Shown: in pieces, positions 9,523 through 19,055 of the stretch | How the letters are laid out: each line of letters begins with the position of its first letter | Numbering within the stretch: position 1 is the first letter of the stretch | Source: Candidatus Thorarchaeota archaeon | Lineage (GTDB): Archaea > Asgardarchaeota > Thorarchaeia > Thorarchaeales > Thorarchaeaceae | DNA: 64,000 bases | NCBI GenBank assembly: GCA_011364985.1 | Contig: RDOC01000002.1 | Location: 1-64,000, forward strand | Direction of reading: 5' to 3' | The notes under the pieces: model-generated | The model's database searches: none | Told to the model about the DNA's origin: nothing | The model's input: only the letters and a program-made list of their open reading frames with translations | Program-made: the position numbers and the translations under genes

Positions 9523-9566
9523 GTGGTTCAGCCTTTTATGGCCACATCCCTGCGGACGGATCCGCC
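9523..9566 (-). promoter_or_regulatory. putative rpl15e 5' leader RNA structure (eL15 r-leader-like)
   Basis: GGCGGAUCCGUCCGCAGGGAUGUGGCCAUAAAAGGCUGAACCAC: hairpins GUCC-GCAG-GGAU and GCC-AUAAAA-GGC, about 40 nt upstream of the start. Confidence 0.55.
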
Positions 9567-9683
9567 TAAACAAAGGAAATGGTTTAGTTTCGAAGGTGAC
9601 GAATATGCCGCCTCTGAGCTTTGCTAATCACGAATTCATTTGCTTAAAGGTCTAGCGATTGGTCGCAATATCAACATCCAGTG

Positions 9684-10595
9684 CTACTTAAATTCGGCAA
9701 TTACTTTGTCCACAGTGAGACTGCCAACGCGCTCCTGAGCCTCGCTAGTGGATGATGAAATATGAGGGGTTGCTATGACCTTCGGATGTTTTGCGATTGA
9801 CCAATCCTGTAATGGTTCAGACTCGAACACATCAAGAGCAGCTCCAGCTATTTTTCCTTCATTCAATGCCTTGAGCAACGCCTTTTCATCAACAATGCCC
9901 CCACGTGCAGTATTAATTACATAAGCGGTTTCCTTCATCAAATCAAACTCCTTGGGACCAATCATCCCTTGTGTATGAGGTAAAAGGGGAACGTGTACAG
10001 AAATGTAATCTGAGCTTCTGAGAAGCGTTTCTAGGTCGGTACGTTCTGCACCAAGTTTCTTGCAGGCATTATCAATGTCCAAAACATCATAAGCAAGAAC
10101 TGTCATTTCGAGTGCCTTTGCTCGTTTTGCTGCTTCGTAACCAATTCTGCCAAGGCCAATAATGCCCAGAGTCTTCTGCCAAAGCTCTGTTCCTGTAAGC
10201 TTCTTTTTCTCCCATTGCTCATTCTTCATCGAGCTATCTGCCGAAGTGAGTCGTCTTGACAGAGCAAACATTAACGCAATGACCATTTCAGCTACTGAAA
10301 CTGATGGGGCTTCAGGAGTATTCATCACCTTGACTCCTTTTGCCTTTGCGGCATCTTGATCGACGTTATCTAGACCAACTCCAGCCCGCACGACTAGTTT
10401 CAGATTGTCAGCTGAATCGATGACTTCCTTCGTCACCTTGGTTGCACTTCTGACTATTACGCAATCGAATCCCTTGATCTGTTCTTCAATTGGACCATCG
10501 GATTCCTTGTCTCTTACAACTACTTCCAAGCCAGCATCCATTAGTTGCTGCATTGCTGAATCTGCAAGTGGATCTGCTACAAGAATTCGTGCCAT
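9684..10595 (-). CDS. D-isomer 2-hydroxyacid dehydrogenase (SerA-like, no ACT domain)
   Basis: RAGVGLDNVD, GIIGLGRIG, INTARGGIVDE, ATPHI. Confidence 0.9.
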   Translation of the reverse strand: MARILVADPLADSAMQQLMDAGLEVVVRDKESDGPIEEQIKGFDCVIVRSATKVTKEVIDSADNLKLVVRAGVGLDNVDQDAAKAKGVKVMNTPEAPSVSVAEMVIALMFALSRRLTSADSSMKNEQWEKKKLTGTELWQKTLGIIGLGRIGYEAAKRAKALEMTVLAYDVLDIDNACKKLGAERTDLETLLRSSDYISVHVPLLPHTQGMIGPKEFDLMKETAYVINTARGGIVDEKALLKALNEGKIAGAALDVFESEPLQDWSIAKHPKVIATPHISSSTSEAQERVGSLTVDKVIAEFK

Positions 10596-10695
10596 TGATG
10601 AATACCTTCTTAGGTTATTGAGCTTCGTCGGTCCCAGACTCATCTTAAATCTGACGACCGCGACATTTTTCTTGTGTGTGATTTAGTCAGATGAT

Positions 10696-11232
10696 ATGAA
10701 AAAGGAAATCAGACCCACAACAGCAATTGTGCCATGTCCCGTTGTTCTTCTCAGTGTGGCTGGGAAGAACAGACCTAATATTATCACATTATCTTGGGTT
10801 GCTAATGTGTGTAGCAAGCCGCCTACTGTTGTGGTCGGAATACGGCCAGAGCGGCACAGCCACGATATGGTAAGGGAAGCAGGAGACTTTGTCCTCAATA
10901 TTCCATCGACGAAGGAACTTGAGGCATGTAAGTTCGCTGGGACCAAATCAGGACGTGAATACGATAAGTTCGAAACGTGTAATCTGACTCCAATTCCTTC
11001 CAGCAAGGTGAAGTCTCCAATGATAGAAGAATGCCCAATAAATGTCGAGTGCAAGGTAAGGCATGTCCAGAATCTTGGGGCACATGATCTCTTCATTGCC
11101 GAAGTGGTTGCAGTTCATCTTGACAAGTCTATTCTGGACACGCGCGAGAGCTTTGACCCCTCTAAGATGGATTTGCTTACGTATCTGCCCCTCTCAGGTC
11201 AGTACTGGTCCTTAGGCGAACGTCTTAGTTAG
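10696..11232 (+). CDS. flavin reductase family protein
   Basis: P.PVVL, NIITLSW, GTKSGR..DKF, ECKV, HDLFIAEV. Confidence 0.9.
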   Translation: MKKEIRPTTAIVPCPVVLLSVAGKNRPNIITLSWVANVCSKPPTVVVGIRPERHSHDMVREAGDFVLNIPSTKELEACKFAGTKSGREYDKFETCNLTPIPSSKVKSPMIEECPINVECKVRHVQNLGAHDLFIAEVVAVHLDKSILDTRESFDPSKMDLLTYLPLSGQYWSLGERLS

Positions 11233-11257
11233 ACTATCATCCTCATTGGGTAGAGAC

Positions 11258-11707
11258 CTAAGGAATCTCTATCTCCTCGGAATCTTCCTCATCATAGAAA
11301 CGGTTCTGATGCAGATATCGCTCGTAATTGTCACCATCAGATCTCAGGATGACCCAAGCACCAACAGGTATGTTTCTCTCCTTGAGAAAGACGTCGAAGG
11401 TTATTCCTGGGAATTCGACAACTATGGGTCGATGCCCGAGAAGCTTGAATAGCCCACAGACCTCTCGTGCCCGACTGAATGAGTCAAGACGAGCAAGGAT
11501 TGGTATCCATTCTTGAGAGACCCCAGCCCATTTTAGAATTGGCCAAGAATGTGGCGGAGGCCATTTTCCTTTCATTACAAGGGCGTACTCTCTGGTTTCA
11601 AGCTCGTAGATTGTAGGCGCTTCACCTAATCGCGCACAACGAGCGCCACATGCCTTTGCATCATCCAAGGTCAGAAATATCTCCAAAGTCTCGATCACCC
11701 CAGACAA
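11258..11707 (-). CDS. hypothetical protein
   Basis: 149-aa ORF filling the gap; no motif recognised. Confidence 0.5.
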   Translation of the reverse strand: MSGVIETLEIFLTLDDAKACGARCARLGEAPTIYELETREYALVMKGKWPPPHSWPILKWAGVSQEWIPILARLDSFSRAREVCGLFKLLGHRPIVVEFPGITFDVFLKERNIPVGAWVILRSDGDNYERYLHQNRFYDEEDSEEIEIP

Positions 11708-11899
11708 TTATTCTAATGGATTGTACAATGAATAAGCACTGAACATCATTTGGTAAGCTGAGTACTTCTTTCTGCCGCAGATTCATCAATCAGATGACTT
11801 TGACAAGGAAACCGTCACTGATTATGTTACATTCTTAAATTGGGTAAGAACAACATATTATGTCAGCAAGAGTCCTCTGAACCCCCTTGGGAATCATCA

Positions 11900-13117
11900 C
11901 TATTTCGTACCCTTCGCACTAACAATCTTCACAACATCGCGATCCTTGAGTTCATGTTTATCAGATATTCTCATCTTCGTCCTGGCATCGATGGCATGGA
12001 TAAAGGACTCCATTAGGTCTGTGTGAATATACCCAGCAAATTCCTTTGCAGTTGTACCTTCGGGAACTAGATAGACGTCAGGAAGAACATTCCCATCCCT
12101 ATCCGTGAGTGCGTTGGAATCATGGACAGGATATACCGTTATCATGTGAAGGAAATCAAATACCGCTCTGTCCAGTATGTTTTGAACTCCTGTGCCGCCA
12201 TACTTCTTCAGGATATGTTCCTTAATCTTCTCCAGTTGATCTAGCTCAGCAGCTTTGAAACTATCGGGGTTTAGAATCTCGAAATCGGCGCTTCCTGGAA
12301 TGTACTTGATCATGTTTTTTCTGGCCAGATCTTTGAGAGCCTTTTCTGCAAGAGCACTTATTGGAACAATGAAGTAATTAGGAAACTCCATCTTCATTCG
12401 TTCATAGTTATCTTCGGCGCCAGGACGATCTATCTTGTTGGCTGCAACAATAATTGGTTTGGCAGTACGCCATAAGAAAGAAGCGAAGTTGCGTATCTCT
12501 TCCTCGCTCCATTTGTCTGCGGTTTCAACTTTGAGTTCTGCCTCGCGGATGGCCTTGAGAATGTGCTTTCGCTTGATATTGAGACCAGAGAGCTTCTCAA
12601 GAAGCAGTTCGTCCATCTTCGCCCCTTCAGTTCTAACGCGTCCGGCTATTCGTCTCCAGTCCTTATGGAGTATTCCAAGCACCCATTCTGTAATCTCCTC
12701 TTCAAGAAATCTTATGTCATCGATTGGGTCATAGCTACCAGCATCAACTTCCTGCCCCTCGGCATCAAGTCCCCCACTTGCATCCACTATATGGATAAGA
12801 ACGTCAGCTTGACGAAGGTCATCGAGAAATTGGTTTCCCATACCTCTTCCAGTATGGGCGCCAGGCACTAATCCGGCAACATCTATCAGCTTTATGGGAA
12901 CTAGACGAATGCCGTCAATGCAGATTGAATTCTGGGGATTGTCCTCTACGTTGAAATCTCTGCAGGCGCAGACTGTTCGAACGTGCGTAACGCCAAGGTT
13001 GGCCTTTATTGTTGTGAACGGATAGCTGCCAACTGGAAAGTCGGTCATGCAAGCAGCATTTGTAAAGGACGTCTTTCCACATGACGGTTTTCCAACAATT
13101 CCAATACTGAATCCCAT
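11900..13117 (-). CDS. ychF: OBG-family ATPase/GTPase (archaeal YchF-like) with TGS domain
   Basis: GIVGKPSCGKTS, YPFTTI, DVAGLVPGAH.GRG.GNQFL, ANKID. Confidence 0.92.
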   Translation of the reverse strand: MGFSIGIVGKPSCGKTSFTNAACMTDFPVGSYPFTTIKANLGVTHVRTVCACRDFNVEDNPQNSICIDGIRLVPIKLIDVAGLVPGAHTGRGMGNQFLDDLRQADVLIHIVDASGGLDAEGQEVDAGSYDPIDDIRFLEEEITEWVLGILHKDWRRIAGRVRTEGAKMDELLLEKLSGLNIKRKHILKAIREAELKVETADKWSEEEIRNFASFLWRTAKPIIVAANKIDRPGAEDNYERMKMEFPNYFIVPISALAEKALKDLARKNMIKYIPGSADFEILNPDSFKAAELDQLEKIKEHILKKYGGTGVQNILDRAVFDFLHMITVYPVHDSNALTDRDGNVLPDVYLVPEGTTAKEFAGYIHTDLMESFIHAIDARTKMRISDKHELKDRDVVKIVSAKGTK

Positions 13118-13200
13118 TTCCGCTCACCTTTTGGAGATACAGAAGAATTGATATTCGGTCAGATTTAAAGTATAGAGGTTATGGTCCTTTCGATGAGATT

Positions 13201-13220
13201 TTATGTGCTTAAGCTCATAA
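13201..13220. promoter_or_regulatory. palindromic operator upstream of the NifX/ATPase operon
   Basis: TTATGTGCTTAAGCTCATAA; near-identical palindrome at 16153. Confidence 0.6.
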
Positions 13221-13255
13221 TAGTTTTAGAAAGCGTATAAGGCTGGTTTCAGTAA

Positions 13256-13681
13256 ATGTCGAAAATATGTGTTACATCCACCGGAAAAACTCTGGAGGCA
13301 CAGATTGACCCTCGATTTGGCAGATGTGCTTATTTTGTAATTGTAGACCCCAACACGATGGAGTTTGAAGCGATTTCAAACACAGCCGTTGGCGCATCCG
13401 GGGGGGCAGGAATTCAAGCGGCTCAGGCAGTCTCCGGCAAAAACATTGAGGCTGTTGTCACAGGAAGCGTTGGCCCTAATGCCTATTCTGCTCTTGCGAG
13501 CTCTGACATCAAGATTATGACTGGAGCATCTGGTACTGTAAAGAGTGCAGTCGAGATGTATAAGGCGAACAAGCTCAGTGAAATCACCACTCCTGGACCA
13601 TCCCACATGGGTATGAGAGGAGGCGGAGGAAGACGTGATGGCAGAGGGAGAGGACAAGGTGGAAGAGGAGGTTGGGGCTAG
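13256..13681 (+). CDS. NifB/NifX-family protein with Gly/Arg-rich tail
   Basis: IDPRFGRCAYF, GGAGIQAAQ, VGPNA. Confidence 0.9.
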   Translation: MSKICVTSTGKTLEAQIDPRFGRCAYFVIVDPNTMEFEAISNTAVGASGGAGIQAAQAVSGKNIEAVVTGSVGPNAYSALASSDIKIMTGASGTVKSAVEMYKANKLSEITTPGPSHMGMRGGGGRRDGRGRGQGGRGGWG

Positions 13682-14052
13682 TCTTGACCTGTAGGCTCCT
13701 TATTCCAAGTGATGATGCAGATGGGATATCGGTTGCAGATCATTTTGGCCGGGCTTCGTTCTTCGTTCTTGTTGACCTCGATAACCGCGGAAATATCACT
13801 TCTAGATCGGTCCAGCGCAACACAAGTGGGCATCTAGGAGGAAGAGGACATGCTCATGACAATGTATTGAGCTACTCACCGCACGTGGTAATTGTTCAAG
13901 GAATGGGCCCGAGAGGTCTAAGAAGCTTCGAATCTCAAGACATTGCTGTTCTACAGAGTAGGAGTCGATTGGTTGATGAAGCCATAGCATCTTACCTTCG
14001 TGGAGACCTACCTGAACTCACTGAGGGCTGTTCTCACGCCCACCACAAGTAG
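13672..14052 (+). CDS. NifB/NifX-family protein
   Basis: VADHFGRASFF, GMGPRG, His-rich end. Confidence 0.85.
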   Translation: MGLVLTCRLLIPSDDADGISVADHFGRASFFVLVDLDNRGNITSRSVQRNTSGHLGGRGHAHDNVLSYSPHVVIVQGMGPRGLRSFESQDIAVLQSRSRLVDEAIASYLRGDLPELTEGCSHAHHK

Positions 14053-14080
14053 AACCGATATTCTGGAGTTGCATAGTATC

Positions 14081-14923
14081 GTGATTATCACAGTTGCCTC
14101 TGGAAAAGGTGGTACTGGCAAGACCACAATTGCGGTGAATCTGGCCCTCTCGATAGGAAATGCGAATATTCTAGATTGTGATGTGGAGGAGCCCAATGTA
14201 CATACACTGTTGAAGCCAAGGAAAATCGCAACTGAAGATGTCCTGTTGCCAACCCCGGTAGTAGATCATGGCAAATGTAGTCTCTGTGGGAAATGCGGTG
14301 AGTTCTGCGAGTTCAACGCGATCTTTGTGGGCAAGAAGAAGGTTGTAGTCTACCCAGAGATTTGCCATTCCTGTGGTGGTTGCAGGTTAGTATGCCCGGA
14401 AAAGGCAATTGAAGAAGAGGGACGAACAATAGGAAAGATTCACCAAACCCATGTTAAGGCCATACACCTTGTGTATGGAGAGCTGAAGATAGGGGAACCA
14501 TTAGCTACTCCAATCATTAAGGCCGTGAAGAAACAGATTGAACCAAAGAAGATTAACATACTTGACGCTCCTCCGGGCACTGCGTGTCCGGTCATCGAAA
14601 CAATGGAGAAGAGCGATTTCCTAATGCTTGTAACGGAACCAACACCCTTTGGCTTACATGACTTGGCCATGGCAGTGGATGTTGTGAAACAGCTTGGAAT
14701 TCCTCATGGAGTTGTGGTTAACCGAGCAGGTATTGGTGACAATGCTGTACAAGAGTATTGTAAGGAAATGGATATTCCCATCTTGCTAGAGATCCCGTTT
14801 GACAGAGAGATTGCTGAGTTCTACTCAAGAGGGGTTCCCTTTGTTGAAGAAATGCCTGAATGGAAAGAACAGTTTCTTGAGCTGTTCGAAAACGCAAAGG
14901 AGATAATGAGAAATGACAGCTGA
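14081..14923 (+). CDS. MinD-superfamily P-loop ATPase with inserted 2x[4Fe-4S] ferredoxin domain
   Basis: SGKGGTGKTT, DCDVEEPN, two CxxCxxCxxxC motifs, EPTPFGLHDL. Confidence 0.9.
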   Translation: MIITVASGKGGTGKTTIAVNLALSIGNANILDCDVEEPNVHTLLKPRKIATEDVLLPTPVVDHGKCSLCGKCGEFCEFNAIFVGKKKVVVYPEICHSCGGCRLVCPEKAIEEEGRTIGKIHQTHVKAIHLVYGELKIGEPLATPIIKAVKKQIEPKKINILDAPPGTACPVIETMEKSDFLMLVTEPTPFGLHDLAMAVDVVKQLGIPHGVVVNRAGIGDNAVQEYCKEMDIPILLEIPFDREIAEFYSRGVPFVEEMPEWKEQFLELFENAKEIMRNDS

Positions 14924-15797
14924 GATTGCAGTTATCAGTGGAAAGGGTGGAACCGGTAAAACAACCTTCTCTGCAGCCTTTGCGGCATTAGCGAACGGCA
15001 TCGTGATTGCGGATTGTGATGTTGACGCACCGGATATGCACATTCTCCTTCAGCCCCACACAAAACAGACTATGGAGTTCAAGAGCTCAAAAGTTGCCTC
15101 GATTAATCAGGAGCTCTGTACTCAGTGTGGAGTATGTCATGATAATTGTCGATTTGACGCTGCAAATCCACCAGAGATTAATGCGATAGCTTGTGAGGGC
15201 TGTGGTGTCTGTGCATATCTATGTCCCGAAGAAGCTATCAGCATGGATAATCGTGTATCTGGCATGCTGTACTATTCTGAAACCAGATTTGGCCCGATGT
15301 CTCATGCGAAACTTCTTCCTGGAGAAGGCAATTCAGGCAAGCTGGTAACAGACGTGAGAAGACAGGCACAGGAGATGGCAAAAGAACGCAATCTGGATAG
15401 GATTCTCATTGATGGTTCGCCAGGCATAGGTTGCCCTGTAATTGCTACTGTCACTGGCATCAGTATTGGCATTATTGTAACTGAACCAACTATGTCTGGG
15501 ATTCATGATATGGAAAGAGTAGCAGGTCTTCTCGACAAATTTGGAGTGTCGGGAGCTGTCATTATCAACAAGTATGACCTGAATGTGGAGAATACCCAGC
15601 AAATTGAGGAGTACTGCCAGGAGAACGGTCTCTATTTGCTAGGACGCGTGGCCTTTGACTCCATCATGACTGAATCGATGGTAGCAGCAAAAACCCTTCC
15701 TGAGTTTGCCCCATCACACGAGATTACGGGTTTCGTCAGAAAGATGTGGTCGGCAATCGAAGAGATTCTTCTGCAAGAAAAAAAAGAAAAGGTGTAG
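14913..15797 (+). CDS. MinD-superfamily P-loop ATPase with inserted ferredoxin domain
   Basis: SGKGGTGKTT, DCDVDAPD, CTQCGVC, CEGCGVC, DGSPGIGCPV. Confidence 0.9.
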   Translation: MTAEIAVISGKGGTGKTTFSAAFAALANGIVIADCDVDAPDMHILLQPHTKQTMEFKSSKVASINQELCTQCGVCHDNCRFDAANPPEINAIACEGCGVCAYLCPEEAISMDNRVSGMLYYSETRFGPMSHAKLLPGEGNSGKLVTDVRRQAQEMAKERNLDRILIDGSPGIGCPVIATVTGISIGIIVTEPTMSGIHDMERVAGLLDKFGVSGAVIINKYDLNVENTQQIEEYCQENGLYLLGRVAFDSIMTESMVAAKTLPEFAPSHEITGFVRKMWSAIEEILLQEKKEKV

Positions 15798-15805
15798 AGG
15801 AGTAT

Positions 15806-16135
15806 CTATTGATCCTCCTCTAGCTTTGCAAGTCTTTCTTGAATCGTCTTTAGGGACTCTTGAATTGACTCGAGACTCTGTTGGAGCATTGCTTTCTGTT
15901 GCTCCAGAACTCTCCTCTCTGCATCAGGTGCAATACTTGGTGGGGTGCTTGTTGGAGCGTTTAGTGGAGGCCAGTTGCGGTATCCCAAGTACCAACACGA
16001 TCCAGGACCATAAAGCCAGCCTGGACGTTCCCAGGGTGGGAGATCCCTAAATGGGCCGTTCCCAGGCCACATGCCACTGCCTCGACCTCGTCCAAAGCCA
16101 CCGCCTCGACCTCTACCATAACCGTAGTATGCCAT
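15806..16135 (-). CDS. DUF5320-like protein (RG-rich N-terminus, C-terminal coiled coil)
   Basis: GRGRGGGFGRGRG..PPWERPGW..coiled coil. Confidence 0.7.
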   Translation of the reverse strand: MAYYGYGRGRGGGFGRGRGSGMWPGNGPFRDLPPWERPGWLYGPGSCWYLGYRNWPPLNAPTSTPPSIAPDAERRVLEQQKAMLQQSLESIQESLKTIQERLAKLEEDQ

Positions 16136-16152
16136 TGTATCTACCTCAAATA

Positions 16153-16172
16153 TTATGTGCATATGCACATTT
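16153..16172. promoter_or_regulatory. palindromic operator between DUF5320 and DUF134 genes
   Basis: Perfect 16-bp palindrome ATGTGCATATGCACAT at 16155-16170. Confidence 0.65.
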
Positions 16173-16259
16173 TTAACCTTGTTCATACGAACAATAATCA
16201 ATATAAGAACAGCCCAGAAGGACGTACCATTCGCTCAGAAAACTGGTGTGTAATTATCT

Positions 16260-16580
16260 ATGAGAAGGCACAGACGAGGCGGACGAGGAAGATATCCCTT
16301 TCAGGATTTCATAACGGGGACAAAACCAAAGGCAAGGCGCATGGATCCAGTTCCCGTTGGGGATTCAAAGCCCGTGTATATCGACGAAGCTGAAGTGGAG
16401 GCGCTACGACTAGTGGACCTTGAAGGCCAGTATCAAGAGGAGGCAGGAATGTCAATGAATGTGTCTAGGGGGACAGTCTGGAGACTACTTACCGAAGCTC
16501 GGCGCAAGGTGATACAGGCATTGTTTGAAGGGCGTCCATTAATAATAGGGCAGATAGCTGACAACATTGAAGATGAGTAG
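16260..16580 (+). CDS. DUF134-family HTH protein
   Basis: EVEALRLVDLEG..QEEAG.SMNVSRGTVWRLL..ARRKV. Confidence 0.9.
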   Translation: MRRHRRGGRGRYPFQDFITGTKPKARRMDPVPVGDSKPVYIDEAEVEALRLVDLEGQYQEEAGMSMNVSRGTVWRLLTEARRKVIQALFEGRPLIIGQIADNIEDE

Positions 16581-16787
16581 TCTACGAGAAATCTATTTGG
16601 CCATTTGTTAAGTAGTGTGGTCTGTAAGTCAACCTTCTCTTTGCGTCGTTTTCCGGAGATAGATGTCTGAGTAATACAACCTCTCAAAAACCGCTTCTGA
16701 AATATTCTGCGTGGGCTCTGAGGCACGCGCATATGCGATGCTGCCTTATATGTATTTTTTGTGATTCATTAGTCAGAGAGGAACACA

Positions 16788-17210
16788 ATGCAGACAGGCA
16801 TTTCCACCCCATTGGAAGCGGTCACGGTTCCCGTGCTAATTAGAAGACCTTCGTTCCCGCGAAAATGGGACTCATTAGCAAGACCTCATGTTGCCATCGT
16901 CGTCAAGGACACTGACAGTGAGATTCGATATTACCTGTCACGAAGAGCAAAGGACGAATCCAGCAATCGTGATGTTCTTGAGGTTGCGGACATTGACGAT
17001 TTGCCTGAAGGTACCCTCCTTGAAGTCCGTTTCAATGCTACTAAGGCCAATCTCTATAAAATGGAAACAGTGGATAATGTGCCTTGCTGGAGATGGGTTG
17101 GTCGATGTCGAGAACTCGCTGATTTTGACTATCCTAGCGAAATTCGCTGGAACGGTTTGCTTGAGAACGAAGAATATCCCGAAAATTCATGGCATATGGT
17201 TGATTCCTAG
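16788..17210 (+). CDS. hypothetical protein
   Basis: 140-aa ORF preceded by SD-like GAGGA. Confidence 0.55.
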   Translation: MQTGISTPLEAVTVPVLIRRPSFPRKWDSLARPHVAIVVKDTDSEIRYYLSRRAKDESSNRDVLEVADIDDLPEGTLLEVRFNATKANLYKMETVDNVPCWRWVGRCRELADFDYPSEIRWNGLLENEEYPENSWHMVDS

Positions 17211-17253
17211 CCACTGAATTTCCTTCCTTTATCACACACCTTAGGAGCAACAA

Positions 17254-18018
17254 CTAGAAAATTAGGGACAGACAGGTAAGTGCCCCTTCACACTTCTCAA
17301 ATTCGCTCATGTTGACGGGAATGACCTCAAACCCATGTTCTTTGACCATACTGATGGATCTCAAATGACCTGCGGGCATCAAGACTATATCATCAATTGT
17401 CAAGGTGTTTGTTGCATATTGCTCATCGAGAGGGACAACTACTTTTTCAGAATCGAGAAAGACAGGATGATTGGCAAAGATACTGCTCACAATGAAGAGA
17501 CCGTCAGCAATGTATGTCGCATGGCTCTTAAGATGCACAATGCTATAATCAGTAACAAGCTTTGAATCAACTTGAAGCCACTCGACCATCTGATCAACTC
17601 CGACCAGATTGGTTCGTTGAGTTATTCCAGTGACTAGTCTATCTGAAAGATGAATAACATCGCCCCCCTCAATCGTAGCCGGGAAAGTGGCTTCTCTTGT
17701 TCGCATATGCTCACTGAGAAGCCTTAATACTACTGCTTCTTCCCCTCGTCTACTCTCGCATGCCATTCTTGTAATGAACGCCCTGTTTCGATGAATCACG
17801 GCTGTATCCTCCACAAAGCAGGCGTCAGGATGAAGATGGTCGGCCTCAAGTTCTATCACATCGAGTCCCAATTCCGTGAGGATTCGACAGTACTCTGCAT
17901 GTTGTTGCCGGGCCAACTTAAGGTCAACTGAATAACAATCAGTATGGGAAGAGATACATTTAGGATAGCTGTCACCAGGCGGGCGAACAAGGGCACGTTT
18001 CATGACTTGTAGTTCCAA
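17254..18018 (-). CDS. dimethylarginine dimethylaminohydrolase / amidinotransferase family
   Basis: PDACFVEDTA, RRGE, IEGGDV, HLKS, EFEKCEGALTCLS. Confidence 0.9.
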   Translation of the reverse strand: MELQVMKRALVRPPGDSYPKCISSHTDCYSVDLKLARQQHAEYCRILTELGLDVIELEADHLHPDACFVEDTAVIHRNRAFITRMACESRRGEEAVVLRLLSEHMRTREATFPATIEGGDVIHLSDRLVTGITQRTNLVGVDQMVEWLQVDSKLVTDYSIVHLKSHATYIADGLFIVSSIFANHPVFLDSEKVVVPLDEQYATNTLTIDDIVLMPAGHLRSISMVKEHGFEVIPVNMSEFEKCEGALTCLSLIF

Positions 18019-18089
18019 GGATTTGTCCTATATCAATTGTAAGTCTTCTTGGTCTTTCATTTCAGTAGAGAAGAACGATAGCCTTAAAT

Positions 18090-18121
18090 GTAAAGTCTAT
18101 TTTACGTAAAGTGTACTTTAC
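18090..18121. promoter_or_regulatory. two tandem 16-bp palindromes, probable XRE autoregulatory operator
   Basis: GTAAAGTCTATTTTAC followed by GTAAAGTGTACTTTAC, just upstream of the XRE gene. Confidence 0.65.
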
Positions 18122-18141
18122 ATCTCAATGGATGCGATGGC

Positions 18142-18375
18142 GTGATTGTGAACAGAATCAAAGAGATTCGGGAAGAACGAATGGCTGAAAGCTCCACTCC
18201 CGATATGTGGACGCAGGAAGGCCTGGCACGTCGCTTGGGAATTACACGTCAGACAGTCATCTCAATGGAGAAAGGCACCTATAACCCCTCCCTTCAACTT
18301 GCGTTCAAGTTAGCCCGTGTGTTTGAGATGAGAATCGAGGAGATCTTTAGTTATGGTGATGATGATGAAACGTAG
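18142..18375 (+). CDS. XRE-family HTH regulator
   Basis: TQEGLARRLGITRQTVISMEKGTYNPSLQLAFKLA. Confidence 0.92.
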   Translation: MIVNRIKEIREERMAESSTPDMWTQEGLARRLGITRQTVISMEKGTYNPSLQLAFKLARVFEMRIEEIFSYGDDDET

Positions 18376-18487
18376 TATTGTAGCAATAGATTCTATCACA
18401 ATTATGGCCGCTGCTGGACTAGTATTCTCACTATGGTCTGTCTCGGTTGCAATCTACCTTCTGGGATTGCTCTACTACTATAGATAA
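18365..18487 (+). pseudogene. 40-aa hydrophobic ORF, probable internally deleted DUF2178 paralogue
   Basis: MKRSIVAIDSITIMAAAGLVFSLWSVSVAIYLLGLLYYYR*; ends like the next gene (FYYYRK). Confidence 0.4.
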
Positions 18488-18500
18488 TAAAGGTGATTTC

Positions 18501-18893
18501 TTGACGGAAGAGAAGCTATCAAACAAATCGTTTTTTGTGATGTTGATTTGCCTTGCTTTCGGATGGGGGGCTGGACAACTCGTTACGAGTCTTATCTTCC
18601 CGAATGCGGACTGGCCCACGTTGGTTTCGTCGGCGTTTGGAGGGATCGTCTTCATTGCGGTAATGATGGGCTTTATGATATACTCACAAAGGCTCCGTGA
18701 TGAGCGGACTATCTACATATCCGACAAGGCCGCACGCAATGGATTTGCCTTCGTATTGTTCTTGGTCCCGGCTGCAATTGTTGGCCTCTCGGCAACTGAT
18801 ATTTCGACTGATGTCTCTCTTGCACTTGTTCTGCTATGGTTCGGAGCTGTTGCAGTTGCATCCATCAGCGCGTTCTATTATTATCGAAAATAG
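18501..18893 (+). CDS. DUF2178-family membrane protein
   Basis: DERT..I..KAAR motif, 4 TM segments, YYYRK end; TTG start after GGTGA. Confidence 0.75.
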   Translation: MTEEKLSNKSFFVMLICLAFGWGAGQLVTSLIFPNADWPTLVSSAFGGIVFIAVMMGFMIYSQRLRDERTIYISDKAARNGFAFVLFLVPAAIVGLSATDISTDVSLALVLLWFGAVAVASISAFYYYRK

Positions 18894-19055
18894 GTGTAGA
18901 TGAAAACTGGGTGAGATAGAACACGGAAGATAGTATTGAGTTATTGGCAGACCTATGAAAACCCTTAAGAGCCTCACAGGGGCAATTTCCTGTAGCAATA
19001 GCGGATTGGGTATCGTACTCAAGCCTTGTCTTTGCTAAAACAGATGTTTAAGTAA

